From positions 12,598 through 76,597 of the forward strand of contig QCCF01000007.1 of the NCBI GenBank assembly GCA_003281365.1: a stretch of DNA of 64,000 bases, given 5' to 3'. Under the pieces are notes generated by a model. It worked only from the letters and a program-made list of their open reading frames with translations. It ran no database searches and was not told the DNA's origin. Of the stretch, positions 21,805 to 32,143 are shown in pieces. The first letter of the stretch is position 1. Each line of letters begins with the position of its first letter. The position numbers were made by a program, and so were the translations under genes. This DNA comes from Prochlorococcus sp. AG-347-K18 (GTDB lineage Bacteria; Cyanobacteriota; Cyanobacteriia; PCC-6307; Cyanobiaceae).

Positions 21805-22935
21805 TTGACAAAGATACTTATTCCTTCCGAAACAAGCGCTGGTGAAAGGAGAGTTTCAGCTACACCAGAAGCGGTAAAGAAATTAAAAAGCCTTGGATGT
21901 GATATTTATATTGAAAGTTCAGCAGGAAAATTATCAGGATTTAGTGACTTATCATATGAAGAATCGGGCGGAACAATAATTAATAACTTAGATCAAAAAA
22001 TTTGGGGTGAAGCTGACTTAATTTTTTGTGTTCAAACTCCATCAGAGGATAATTTAACTAAGTTAAAAAGAGGCGCTGTTCTTCTTGGTCTTCTTAACCC
22101 ATATGGCAATAAGGAACTTCTCAGGGTTATTAATAGTAATAAGATTTCAGCTTTATCATTAGAGTTACTTCCGAGGATTAGTAGAGCTCAATCTTCTGAT
22201 GTTCTTTCTTCGCAGGCCAATATCGCCGGATACAAAGCAGTACTTTTAGCTGCGAGTGAGTTAGATAGATATTTCCCAATGCTAATGACTGCAGCAGGCA
22301 CAGTCCAACCTGCCAAAGTAGTGATTCTTGGTGGAGGCGTTGCAGGATTGCAGGCAGTCGCTACAGCAAAAAGACTTGGTGCAATAGTATTTGTATCCGA
22401 TATTAGACCTGCCGTTAAAGAACAAGTAGAGTCCCTCGGAGCAAGATTTATAGAACTTCCTGAAGTGGATGAAAAACCAGGAGAGTCTGGAGGTTATGCA
22501 AAAGCTGTAACACCTGAATTTCTCTCGAAACAGAAGGCTACTTTAACTAAATATTTATCAGAAGCTGATGTCGCTATATGTACTGCGCAAGTTCTAGGTA
22601 AAAAGGCTCCTGTTTTAATAGACGCTCCGATGATTGAAAAAATGAGATCTGGTGCAGTAATTATTGATTTAGCAGTTTCTCAGGGAGGGAACTGCGCAGG
22701 AACAAAATCAAATGAAACTATTATCAAAGATGGGGTAAAACTTATAGGAGCGGGCGAATTACCCTCTTCAGTTCCTTATGATGCAAGTTCACTTTATGCT
22801 AAGAACTTAACATCTTTGATTACACCGTTTATAAAAGATGGTGTAATTAAATTAGATAAAGAGGATGAACTCATTTCTGGATGTTTATTAAGCGATGAAG
22901 GAGTTGTTCTTCAAAATAAAGTTTTTGAAAATTGA
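21805..22935 (+). CDS. pntA: NAD(P) transhydrogenase alpha, domain I
   Basis: ERRVSATP, RISRAQ, GGGVAGL. Confidence 0.95.
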   Translation: MTKILIPSETSAGERRVSATPEAVKKLKSLGCDIYIESSAGKLSGFSDLSYEESGGTIINNLDQKIWGEADLIFCVQTPSEDNLTKLKRGAVLLGLLNPYGNKELLRVINSNKISALSLELLPRISRAQSSDVLSSQANIAGYKAVLLAASELDRYFPMLMTAAGTVQPAKVVILGGGVAGLQAVATAKRLGAIVFVSDIRPAVKEQVESLGARFIELPEVDEKPGESGGYAKAVTPEFLSKQKATLTKYLSEADVAICTAQVLGKKAPVLIDAPMIEKMRSGAVIIDLAVSQGGNCAGTKSNETIIKDGVKLIGAGELPSSVPYDASSLYAKNLTSLITPFIKDGVIKLDKEDELISGCLLSDEGVVLQNKVFEN

Positions 22936-22947
22936 GGTTTTAAAGTT

Positions 22948-23241
22948 ATGTCTTTTATAAGTCTTCTTTGGGTTCTTTTACTTGGTAGTTTATTAGGCCT
23001 CGAGTTAATTGGAAAAGTTCCTCCTACCCTTCACACACCTCTAATGAGTGGAGCAAATGCAATTTCAGGAATAACAATGCTTGCAGCCTTAACTTTAATT
23101 GTAAAAGCTGAAGGTAACGTACCACTTTTAATTATTGGTTCAGTTTCTCTTGGATTTGCTCTTTTCAACGTTGTAGGAGGTTTCTTTGTAACTGATCGAA
23201 TGCTCGCGATGTTTAGTCGTAAACCATCAAATAAGAAGTAA
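22948..23241 (+). CDS. pntA: NAD(P) transhydrogenase alpha, membrane part
   Basis: VPPTLHTPLMSGANAISG, VTDRML. Confidence 0.95.
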   Translation: MSFISLLWVLLLGSLLGLELIGKVPPTLHTPLMSGANAISGITMLAALTLIVKAEGNVPLLIIGSVSLGFALFNVVGGFFVTDRMLAMFSRKPSNKK

Positions 23242-23249
23242 TTTCTAAC

Positions 23250-24689
23250 ATGAATCTACCTGTAATCATTAAATTCGTTATTGACCTTTTAGCAGTACTT
23301 TTACTGGCGTTGGGAATAAAAGGGTTGTCTAAAGTAAAGTCAGCAAGGGATGCCAATAGATTAGCTGCATTTGCAATGTCGCTATCAGTAATAGGATTAC
23401 TCTCTTATTATTTAGGCACTTCTGGAATTGCTATTCAGTCTTGGATTTGGATAATAATTGGATCAATCATAGGTAGTTTATTCGGAGCAATTCTTGCAAA
23501 AAAAGTACCTATGACTTCCATGCCTGAAACAGTGGCATTGTTCAATGGTTGTGGAGGAATGTCATCACTTTTAGTGGCCTTAGGAGTAGCTATTTTTCCA
23601 ATATCTAGTGGCCAAGAAAATTTTGATTTTTTTAAGTCACTTATTAACGAAGTTTCAATATCTGTTTCTATATTTGTTGGTGCCATAACTTTCACAGGTT
23701 CAATTGTAGCGATGGCAAAGTTACAGGGTTGGTTGTCAACTCCAGTATGGACTCAGAGCAAAGTTAGACATTTTGTAAATATTGTTTTTGCAGTTGCTTC
23801 TTTGATAGCCTTTTTTGATTTGATAAACGGCAATACAAGTTCTATTTGGCTTTTAGTAATAGTTTCTTCTTTATTAGGTATTGGAGTTACTTTGCCAATT
23901 GGTGGAGCGGATATGCCAGTAGTTATATCTTTATTAAATAGCTATTCAGGGATTGCAGCAGCAGCAGCAGGCTTCGTTGTAGATAGTCAGCTTTTGATAG
24001 TAGCAGGCGCAATGGTTGGAGCGGCAGGTCTAATACTTACTCAAGTAATGTGCAAGGGTATGAATAGATCATTGGTCTCAGTTCTTTTTGGAGGATCTTT
24101 ATCTGCACAAAGTACAACCTCTTCTGGTTCAGGAGAATATACAAATATAACTTCTTGCAGTGTTGAAGAGTGTGCATTGACTTTAGAGGCAGCCAACAAG
24201 GTAATTATTGTTCCCGGCTATGGTCTAGCAGTAGCTCAAGCCCAACATACTTTAAGGGAAGTGACAAAAAAACTAGAGCTAAATGGTATTGAAGTTGTTT
24301 ACGCAATTCATCCTGTAGCAGGGAGGATGCCTGGACATATGAATGTACTTTTAGCAGAAGCAGATGTTCCTTACGAACAACTTAAAGAGATGGACGTTGT
24401 AAATCCTGATTTTCCAGCAACGGATGTTGTTTTAGTTTTAGGAGCAAATGATGTGGTTAATCCTCAAGCTAAAAATGATAGCTCTTCTCCTTTATATGGC
24501 ATGCCAGTTCTTGATGTGCAGGAAGCAAGAACTGTATTTGTAATTAAACGTGGTATGAGTGCAGGTTACTCCGGAATAAAAAATGATTTATTTGATCTGC
24601 CAAATACCTCAATGGTCTTTGGTGATGCAAAAAAGGTACTGAATGATTTGATTGGAGAATTAAAGGATCTTGGAGTTGGGGAGAAATAA
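23250..24689 (+). CDS. pntB: NAD(P) transhydrogenase beta
   Basis: IGGADMPV, PGYGLAVAQAQ, HPVAGRMPGHMN. Confidence 0.97.
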   Translation: MNLPVIIKFVIDLLAVLLLALGIKGLSKVKSARDANRLAAFAMSLSVIGLLSYYLGTSGIAIQSWIWIIIGSIIGSLFGAILAKKVPMTSMPETVALFNGCGGMSSLLVALGVAIFPISSGQENFDFFKSLINEVSISVSIFVGAITFTGSIVAMAKLQGWLSTPVWTQSKVRHFVNIVFAVASLIAFFDLINGNTSSIWLLVIVSSLLGIGVTLPIGGADMPVVISLLNSYSGIAAAAAGFVVDSQLLIVAGAMVGAAGLILTQVMCKGMNRSLVSVLFGGSLSAQSTTSSGSGEYTNITSCSVEECALTLEAANKVIIVPGYGLAVAQAQHTLREVTKKLELNGIEVVYAIHPVAGRMPGHMNVLLAEADVPYEQLKEMDVVNPDFPATDVVLVLGANDVVNPQAKNDSSSPLYGMPVLDVQEARTVFVIKRGMSAGYSGIKNDLFDLPNTSMVFGDAKKVLNDLIGELKDLGVGEK

Positions 24690-25758
24690 CAGTATATCTT
24701 TTAGTTTTTCAGATTACCTAAAAAATAAGCCATTTCGAGAAGTCTTACCTTGGATAGGTGGCGACTTACAAACTTTGAGAGATAGTTTTGTTATTGATTT
24801 TGGTAAATCAATAAAAAACAAAAAAATATTCTTTCCGATTAATAAAATTCTTTCTAAAAAATTTGAATGTGATTATCTTTTAGGTTTTTTAGAATTACCT
24901 GAAAAGTTTGACTCACTTAGGGGTTTTGTAATCGTTACACATGGTTTAGGGGGCTCAACTAAACGGTTTGGTTTAAGAAGAATATCTAGGAAATTAGCAA
25001 ATAATGGTTTTGGAGTTCTTAAATTAAATCTAAGAGGATCTGGATCAGCCAGATATTTAGCTAAAGGAAATTATTGTGCTAGATGCTCCAGTGATGTTAT
25101 TTCAGCAATTAATTATTTTAAAAAATTGATTAATTTAGAGTTCAAAGAGCTTATGAAAATGAATAATAATCTTCCAATTTACGGAGTTGGATTATCTTTA
25201 GGCGGAACAATTCTTTTAAATGCCTGCCTAGATTACGATGAAAATAAAGGAGAAAAACTTTTAGATGCCCTTGCCTGCGTGAGTACCCCTTTAGATTTAT
25301 CTTCATGCAGTCTCTGTATTGAAAAACCTAGAAATTCCATCTACCAAAAATGGTTACTTCATCGCTTAAAAAAACAGTTATGGGAGGGACTTAATGATGA
25401 AGGCCAACTCCTTGATAACGAGAAATTAAGAATAAAAATTAGAAATTTAAAAAGTATAAGAGAATTTGATCAGAAATTTACAGCTCCTTGTTGGGGATTT
25501 AATTCTTTAGAGGATTACTATATTAAAGCTTCTCCAATATTTAGAATGCAAAACTCAATAAAAAAATTACCTCCAATGCTTTTTATTCATGCTAAGGATG
25601 ATCCCTGGGTTCCATATAAGGATGCTTTGAATTTAAGAAAAGAATCTATTGATAAAGTCACTATTTTTATTACTGAAAAAGGAGGTCATAATGGTTTTCA
25701 TTCGATTAATGGCTGCTGGTCAGACGAAGTCGTAAAGAACTGGTTTATGAGTATCTAG
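24670..25758 (+). CDS. YheT-like alpha/beta hydrolase
   Basis: HGLGG, GLSLGG, DDPW, GGHNGF. Confidence 0.85.
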   Translation: MELGRNNSISFSFSDYLKNKPFREVLPWIGGDLQTLRDSFVIDFGKSIKNKKIFFPINKILSKKFECDYLLGFLELPEKFDSLRGFVIVTHGLGGSTKRFGLRRISRKLANNGFGVLKLNLRGSGSARYLAKGNYCARCSSDVISAINYFKKLINLEFKELMKMNNNLPIYGVGLSLGGTILLNACLDYDENKGEKLLDALACVSTPLDLSSCSLCIEKPRNSIYQKWLLHRLKKQLWEGLNDEGQLLDNEKLRIKIRNLKSIREFDQKFTAPCWGFNSLEDYYIKASPIFRMQNSIKKLPPMLFIHAKDDPWVPYKDALNLRKESIDKVTIFITEKGGHNGFHSINGCWSDEVVKNWFMSI

Positions 25759-26089
25759 GACTATTTAAAAATGGTGTTTTTTTGAAAATCCATTTTTCTA
25801 TTGGCTGACCGTTAATAATATGTGAGGTAAAAATTTCAGAAATTTTTTCAGGAGAAACTTTCTCATACCAAATACCATCAGGCCAAATAAGAAGAATTGG
25901 GCCGTTCTTACATATCCTTAGACAGTCAGCTTTTGATCTTAATATATGAACGTTTTTTGTAGAAGGATCATTCTCAAATTTTTTTAAAGTCTTTTTCAGA
26001 CATTCCCATGTTTTTTGACCTTCATTGCCTTTAAAGCATTTCTGTTTTGTGGGTGTTGCGCATAGTAGAAGATGTTTTTTTATATTCAC
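25745..26089 (-). CDS. Thioredoxin-like 2Fe-2S ferredoxin
   Basis: CATP..KC...CLRICKNGP..WPDGIWY. Confidence 0.85.
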   Translation of the reverse strand: MNIKKHLLLCATPTKQKCFKGNEGQKTWECLKKTLKKFENDPSTKNVHILRSKADCLRICKNGPILLIWPDGIWYEKVSPEKISEIFTSHIINGQPIEKWIFKKTPFLNSPRYS

Positions 26090-26091
26090 TT

Positions 26092-27321
26092 TTATCCAAT
26101 ACTTACGTATTTTTTCCCTTTTTTAATTTCTTGCTCAACAAAAAGTCTAGCCCAATTGTCTACTTCAAGAATATCCTCCAATTCGGGACTCAAATTCAAA
26201 TTATCCATATGTGATTCACAAGCTTTACTTATAAATGTTGGAATTTCTTGAAAAGAAATTTTTTCTTTGAGGAATTGTTCAACAGCCATTTCATTAGCAG
26301 CATTTAAGACTGCAGGCATAGTTCCAGAAGATTTTCCTGCCGCATAGGCAAGTCCCATGCATGGATATTTAAACTCGTCTGGCTTCTTAAAAGTTAATTT
26401 TCCAATTTCACTTAGGTTTAATCTTTTCCAATTTGTTTTAAATCTTTCAGGCCAACTCATCGCATATAAAATGGGTAGCTTCATATCTGGCCAACCTAAT
26501 TGAGCTAATACTGAAGAATCTTCCATCTCAATCATTGAATGAATAATGCTTTGAGGGTGGATAACTATTTCGATATTTTCGTAAGAGGTTCCAAATAAAT
26601 AATGAGCTTCTATAACTTCTAATCCTTTATTCATAAGAGTAGCAGAATCTACAGTTATTTTTTTCCCCATATCCCAATTAGGATGTGAAGTCGCATCTTT
26701 CACTGTGACATGCTTTAAATCCTCAACGGCCCAATCTCTGAAAGCACCGCCAGAAGCTGTTAAATGTATAGCTTTTAAACCCTTAGGCATCTCTCCTGTT
26801 GCAAAATCTGCATTTTCATAATTAGGTAATCCTTGCAAACATTGAAAGATAGCAGAGTGTTCTGAATCAGCAGGTAAAAGCCTACTATTATTTTTCTTTA
26901 ATGCAGGAATAACAATTGATCCTGCCGCAATTAAAGTTTCTTTGTTAGCAAGTGCAATATTTTTCCCCGCATTAATTGCTGACATTGTTGGAATTAAGCC
27001 TGCACAGCCTACTATCCCTGTTACCACAGTATCTGCCTTATCCCATGCTGCAACTGTGTTAATCCCCTGCTTTCCACCTAAAATCAAGGGAGCAGCATCC
27101 AAATCTAAGTTATTAATGTTATCTTTTAAATCTTCTATAAGACTTTCATCCTCAATTGCAACTACCTCTGGTTTATGTGCTTTAACTTGTTCAGTTAATA
27201 AATTAATATTTCTTCCTGCAGAAAGAGCTAAGGCTTTAAACTTATCAGGCTGCTCACTAGCTATTTCGAGAGTTTGAGTCCCTATTGAACCAGTAGAACC
27301 GAGCACAGTAATGTATTTCAA
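26092..27321 (-). CDS. dxr: 1-deoxy-D-xylulose 5-phosphate reductoisomerase
   Basis: [24 protein letters not shown]. Confidence 0.98.
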   Translation of the reverse strand: MKYITVLGSTGSIGTQTLEIASEQPDKFKALALSAGRNINLLTEQVKAHKPEVVAIEDESLIEDLKDNINNLDLDAAPLILGGKQGINTVAAWDKADTVVTGIVGCAGLIPTMSAINAGKNIALANKETLIAAGSIVIPALKKNNSRLLPADSEHSAIFQCLQGLPNYENADFATGEMPKGLKAIHLTASGGAFRDWAVEDLKHVTVKDATSHPNWDMGKKITVDSATLMNKGLEVIEAHYLFGTSYENIEIVIHPQSIIHSMIEMEDSSVLAQLGWPDMKLPILYAMSWPERFKTNWKRLNLSEIGKLTFKKPDEFKYPCMGLAYAAGKSSGTMPAVLNAANEMAVEQFLKEKISFQEIPTFISKACESHMDNLNLSPELEDILEVDNWARLFVEQEIKKGKKYVSIG

Positions 27322-27403
27322 TTTTCTCTTATATTTCTAATATCTTCCCATTTAAAGGTGTATTTAAAAAACAAAAATTTCAAATTGGTTTTTTTCTTAA
27401 AAT

Positions 27404-28873
27404 TTAGACCCTTATCCATGTTGTTATTTCCTTTGATTGATCAATAAGTTCAATACCTTTTTCTTTTAACAAATTCCTGATTTCATCCGCCTTCGCATAA
27501 TTCTTTTCCATTTTTGCTTTCAATCTTTCATCAATAAGCGATGATATTTCGTCTTCTTTTATTTTACTTTCTTTTACTAAAACCTCTTTTTTAAGACCAA
27601 GTACCTCGGTCAACTTTTCAAGAGTTTTAAAATTCTCAAGTAGAAAGAATTTTTCATTTAGGTCTATTTTAAAACCTTCAACCCTTTGAAATTGGTTTAA
27701 AAAGTTTTTTAATGGTTTCGCTAAATCATAAATAATTGCAATAGCACCTGCTGTATTAAGGTCATTTCCAAGAGCCTCAGAAAATTTAAGCTTTTTTTGA
27801 GATAATTCAAAACTTATTTTCTCTTTATATTCTTCTTCGAGAAATTCATTTTTTTCAATAGATCTAAAAGCTCCTTTTGTAAGGTCCATAAAAGAAAGGG
27901 CTACATTAATGTTTTTCCAAGCTTCTGAAGCACTTCTTAAAGCTTCTTCAGTAAAATCGAGTGGTTTTCTATAATTCACAGTCATAACAAAATATCGCAA
28001 AGTCATAGGGCTTATACCTGAATTAATTAGCTCTCTGATAGTTTTAAAATTTTTAAGGGATTTACTCATCTTTTGTCCATTTACATTGACCATCCCATTG
28101 TGTAACCAATAGTTTGCTAGCTTTTTGCCATTGGCTGCTTCTGATTGGGCGATTTCGTTCTCATGATGAGGAAAAATCAAATCAGAACCACCTAAATGGA
28201 TATCAATAGTATCTCCTAATTCATCTTTAACCATCGCCGAACATTCAATATGCCATCCTGGTCTACCTTTACCCCATGGCGAATCAAAAAATGGTTCATC
28301 ATCTTTGGCTTTTTTCCATAGTGCAAAATCTTGTGGATTAAGTTTTTTACTATTTCCCTCATTAGCCATTCTTCCTTGCTGATTGATATTTTGTTCTTGT
28401 ATATTTTGATTACTTAGCTTTCCATAATTTTTATTTTTGAAAACAGAATAATAAACATCTCCATCTCTAGAGTATGCATAACCTTTGTCCTCGAGGATTG
28501 TTATGAAGGAGCAGATATTGCATATATGATTCGTTGCTCTTGGCATACTATCGGGACGCATTATTCCTAAAGAATCCATATCTTTATGAAATTCAATAAT
28601 ATTTTTTTCAGATACTTCCTTCATTGAACTGCTTTCTTCTTTAGCTCTTTTTAAGATCTTGTCATCAATATCTGTAAAATTTTGAACATACTTCACGTTG
28701 AAGTCACTGTAAATTAAAAATCTTCTCAATACATCCCAAGCTATATAACTCCTAGCATGACCAAGATGACATAAATCATAAACAGTTACTCCGCAACAAT
28801 AAATTTTTACTACATCATCAATAGGCTTAAAAACCTCAACTCTTTTGCTTAAAGTATTAAAAAATTTGATCAT
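27404..28873 (-). CDS. cysS: Cysteinyl-tRNA synthetase
   Basis: HLGH, WHIEC, KMSKS. Confidence 0.98.
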   Translation of the reverse strand: MIKFFNTLSKRVEVFKPIDDVVKIYCCGVTVYDLCHLGHARSYIAWDVLRRFLIYSDFNVKYVQNFTDIDDKILKRAKEESSSMKEVSEKNIIEFHKDMDSLGIMRPDSMPRATNHICNICSFITILEDKGYAYSRDGDVYYSVFKNKNYGKLSNQNIQEQNINQQGRMANEGNSKKLNPQDFALWKKAKDDEPFFDSPWGKGRPGWHIECSAMVKDELGDTIDIHLGGSDLIFPHHENEIAQSEAANGKKLANYWLHNGMVNVNGQKMSKSLKNFKTIRELINSGISPMTLRYFVMTVNYRKPLDFTEEALRSASEAWKNINVALSFMDLTKGAFRSIEKNEFLEEEYKEKISFELSQKKLKFSEALGNDLNTAGAIAIIYDLAKPLKNFLNQFQRVEGFKIDLNEKFFLLENFKTLEKLTEVLGLKKEVLVKESKIKEDEISSLIDERLKAKMEKNYAKADEIRNLLKEKGIELIDQSKEITTWIRV

Positions 28874-28897
28874 CTTAAATTAAGTATTTCATAAGGA

Positions 28898-31800
28898 TTA
28901 TTTTGTCTCCATCCAATTGTCTCCAATACCAATATCAACTAAAAGAGGCACACTCAATTTTACACAACCTTCCATTGTTTTCTTTATTAATTTGGTTGTT
29001 TCTTCTAGAGAATTTGGTTCAACCTCAAATAACAATTCATCATGTACTTGTAAAAGCATTTTTGCTGGGACGTTCATTTCTATAAATTTCCTATTAATTT
29101 GAACCATGGCTACTTTAATAATGTCTGCACTTGAACCTTGAATAGGTGCATTTGCAGCGGCTAATAATGATAGGGCTTCCATACCAGCTTTCCTAGCACT
29201 TTGTAAATCAATTTCATATGGATCTTTCCCTAATAATCTACCTAATCCATTTTTATCAAATTTGAATTCTCTTTTCCTTCCAAAAATAGTTTCTACATAA
29301 CCTTTTGAGAGAGAAAGACGCTGTTGAAGTTCTAAAAATGTAAAAACTTTTGCGTATCTTTTTTTATATTTTATTAGGAAATCTTTTGCCTCTTCAGTAC
29401 TTACTCCTGTTGAACGAGCTAGTTTTCTAGGTCCCATTCCATAAATAATTCCGAAATTTATTGTTTTACCAACTCTCCTCTCGTCAGGAGATATTTCTTC
29501 TTTCTCAAAAATTAATCTTGCAGTTAAAGAATGAATATCATCATTTTGTTGGAATGCATTAATTAGTATTTCTTCATTTGCTAGATGAGCAAGAATTCTT
29601 AATTCTATTTGAGAATAATCCGCTGATAAAAGTTTCCAGCCTTTTTCCGGCAAGAAGGCTTTCCTTATCCTCCTACTAAAATCAGTTCTGACAGGTATAT
29701 TTTGAAGGTTAGGATTGCTACTGCTTAGTCTTCCAGTAGCAGTAGCTGCCTGATTAAAGTTGGTATGAACTCTTCCGGTCTTTTCGTTAATAAGATTTGG
29801 AAGTGCATCAATATAAGTACTAAGTAATTTGCTAAGAGTTCTATGTTTTATTAAATGTTGGATTATTTCATGTTCGTCAACTAATTTTTCAAGAACTACG
29901 ACATCTGTACTCCATCCGGTCTTTGTTTTTCTTGATTTCCTTTTGTCAAGAGATAACTTCTCAAATAAAATTTCACCAAGTTGTTTTGGTGAGGACAAAT
30001 TAAAATTTTCATCTGCCAGTTCATAAACTTTAGCTTCAATATTTTCTAATGTGCTTTTCAACTCTTTTGAAAGTTCCTCTAAATAAGAGACATCAATTAT
30101 GATCCCATTCATCTCCATTTGGGACAATACCGGTTCTAAAGGCAGCTCGATTTCTTCGAATAATTTGATTAATTTATCTTTTTCCGTTAAAAATCTTTCT
30201 TTGAAAATTTTGACAATCCTATAAGTTAGAAATACATCATAACCGCAGTAAATACTTGCTTCATTAATATCTACAAATGAAAAGTCTTTATTTTTTCCAA
30301 CTGTTTCCTTAAATGAAGGAGGCTTAAATCCAAATAATCTAAAACTAATTTCACTTAACCCATGCTTCTCCTGATTATTTAGAAGGTAATCTGCTAGTAG
30401 GGTGTCAAAGGTTACCCCTTTAAGATCAAGTCCATGATTAAAAAATATTTGCCTGTCAAATTTAGAATTCTGAAGTGCCTTTTCTTTTTTTGGATTTTCT
30501 ATCCAAGTTCTAAGTTTTGAGAAAACATTTTCAATTGATAATTGATTGCAAGTCTCCTCTTTTGTTTGATGACCAAGAGGTATATAAAATAAATCATCAT
30601 TTTCTTCTCCAAGACATAATCCAATCCCAACAAGTTCCGCATCGATTGGATTTAAACTATTGGTCTCTGTATCTAAAGAAACTATCCCATTTGTCTTGTC
30701 TAGTCTTTGAACTAATTTATCAAGTAATTTATGATCATTAATAATTTCTACTTTGATTTTTGGGATTTTATTTGCACTATTTTCTAATTCAATTATTTTT
30801 GAGATTTTTGATTCTTTTTCCTGTTGTATATTCTGATCATTTTTTTTAAAACCACCTTCACTAAAGGTTGAATTGAATATATCAATTTGTTTTACAAGAG
30901 AATTAAGTTCCAATTCCTTTAGTTTTGCTAATAAATTATCGGAATCTACCTCAGATAAAAAATAATTATCATTTTCTATTTGTAGGTTAGTTTTGATAGT
31001 CGCTAGTAACTGAGATTTATAAGCAGAATCTCTACCATTCTCCAATTTCTTTAAGACTGAACCTTTTATGAAACCATCATAATTAGTTTTTGTACCTGAA
31101 TTTATTTCATCTAGAGTTTCAAAGATACACTCCAAATCATTATTTTCACTTAATAAATTAATGGCTGTTTTTGGACCAATTCCCTTAACTCCTGGAATAT
31201 TATCTGAGCTATCTCCCATTAATGCTTTTAGATCAACTACTTTCTCAGGTACTACTCCTAATTTATCTAAAACATCGTCTTCATTCATAAGAATTGGCTC
31301 AGAACTTTTTGCAAATGGACCACCACTCCCCATGTATAAGACATAAATATCTTTTTTTGAATCAACCAATTGAAATAGATCTTTATCTCCTGAAAGAATT
31401 TTGATGTACCAGTTATCTTTTGATGCTTTTTGAGATATTGTTCCAAGAATATCATCAGCTTCAAAACCTGGAAGTTTAAATATAGGAAGGTTTAATTGAC
31501 TTTTAAGAATATTTTCTAACCTCTTTATATCCTCTAAAAAAATACTTGGAGGTGCACCCCTATTTGCTTTATATGATGGGTCAAGCTCCTGTCTGAATGT
31601 AAGTTCTTTGGTATCAAATGCTATACAAACTCCTTGAGGAGAATGTTTTTTGCAATTCTCTAAAAGGCTTTTCAGGAATCCGTAGGTAATATTTGTAGGG
31701 ATCCCAGAATCGGTGGTTAATCTATTAGCAGGAACTAGTTCAGCGTAAAATTCAAAATTAATATTTGGTAAATCTAATCTTATAGTTATTGCTTTTCTTA

Positions 31801-32143
31801 ATTCCTTTTCATCATTTTTTGATAAGGAGGGTGAAAACTTAAGGGTGAATTGAAAGAATTTATCTTGCTCTATTGAATTTTCGGGATAGAAATAAGTTAT
31901 ATCTTCATAATTTAAAACTCTTGAGTATATTTTATTTATTTGAACATTAAATTTCTTTTCATCAGGATTCTCAATTATTAATTCTCCGGCAAGACCTTCT
32001 TTGATTTCACTTTTTAATTTTAAATTCGCTGTTACAAGAATTTCAAAACTTCTACTATATGCGTAATAACTTCTAAAAGCTAAAGAGTGACCATCGACTA
32101 AAAGTAGAATTGGTTTTTTAGAGTTTCCAGATTTTAAACTCAT
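28898..32143 (-). CDS. polA: DNA polymerase I with an N-terminal-domain insertion
   Basis: 5'-nuclease (DGHS, YKANR, EADD, GDSSDN), 3'-exonuclease (DTE), and motifs A DYSQIELR, B KTINFGIIYG and C HDE are all present; 1081 aa. Confidence 0.96.
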   Translation of the reverse strand: MSLKSGNSKKPILLLVDGHSLAFRSYYAYSRSFEILVTANLKLKSEIKEGLAGELIIENPDEKKFNVQINKIYSRVLNYEDITYFYPENSIEQDKFFQFTLKFSPSLSKNDEKELRKAITIRLDLPNINFEFYAELVPANRLTTDSGIPTNITYGFLKSLLENCKKHSPQGVCIAFDTKELTFRQELDPSYKANRGAPPSIFLEDIKRLENILKSQLNLPIFKLPGFEADDILGTISQKASKDNWYIKILSGDKDLFQLVDSKKDIYVLYMGSGGPFAKSSEPILMNEDDVLDKLGVVPEKVVDLKALMGDSSDNIPGVKGIGPKTAINLLSENNDLECIFETLDEINSGTKTNYDGFIKGSVLKKLENGRDSAYKSQLLATIKTNLQIENDNYFLSEVDSDNLLAKLKELELNSLVKQIDIFNSTFSEGGFKKNDQNIQQEKESKISKIIELENSANKIPKIKVEIINDHKLLDKLVQRLDKTNGIVSLDTETNSLNPIDAELVGIGLCLGEENDDLFYIPLGHQTKEETCNQLSIENVFSKLRTWIENPKKEKALQNSKFDRQIFFNHGLDLKGVTFDTLLADYLLNNQEKHGLSEISFRLFGFKPPSFKETVGKNKDFSFVDINEASIYCGYDVFLTYRIVKIFKERFLTEKDKLIKLFEEIELPLEPVLSQMEMNGIIIDVSYLEELSKELKSTLENIEAKVYELADENFNLSSPKQLGEILFEKLSLDKRKSRKTKTGWSTDVVVLEKLVDEHEIIQHLIKHRTLSKLLSTYIDALPNLINEKTGRVHTNFNQAATATGRLSSSNPNLQNIPVRTDFSRRIRKAFLPEKGWKLLSADYSQIELRILAHLANEEILINAFQQNDDIHSLTARLIFEKEEISPDERRVGKTINFGIIYGMGPRKLARSTGVSTEEAKDFLIKYKKRYAKVFTFLELQQRLSLSKGYVETIFGRKREFKFDKNGLGRLLGKDPYEIDLQSARKAGMEALSLLAAANAPIQGSSADIIKVAMVQINRKFIEMNVPAKMLLQVHDELLFEVEPNSLEETTKLIKKTMEGCVKLSVPLLVDIGIGDNWMETK

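Noticed and set aside
31721-32053. Intein in PolA
   Set aside because: No terminal His-Asn followed by Cys/Ser/Thr and no homing-endonuclease motif; kept as a domain insertion
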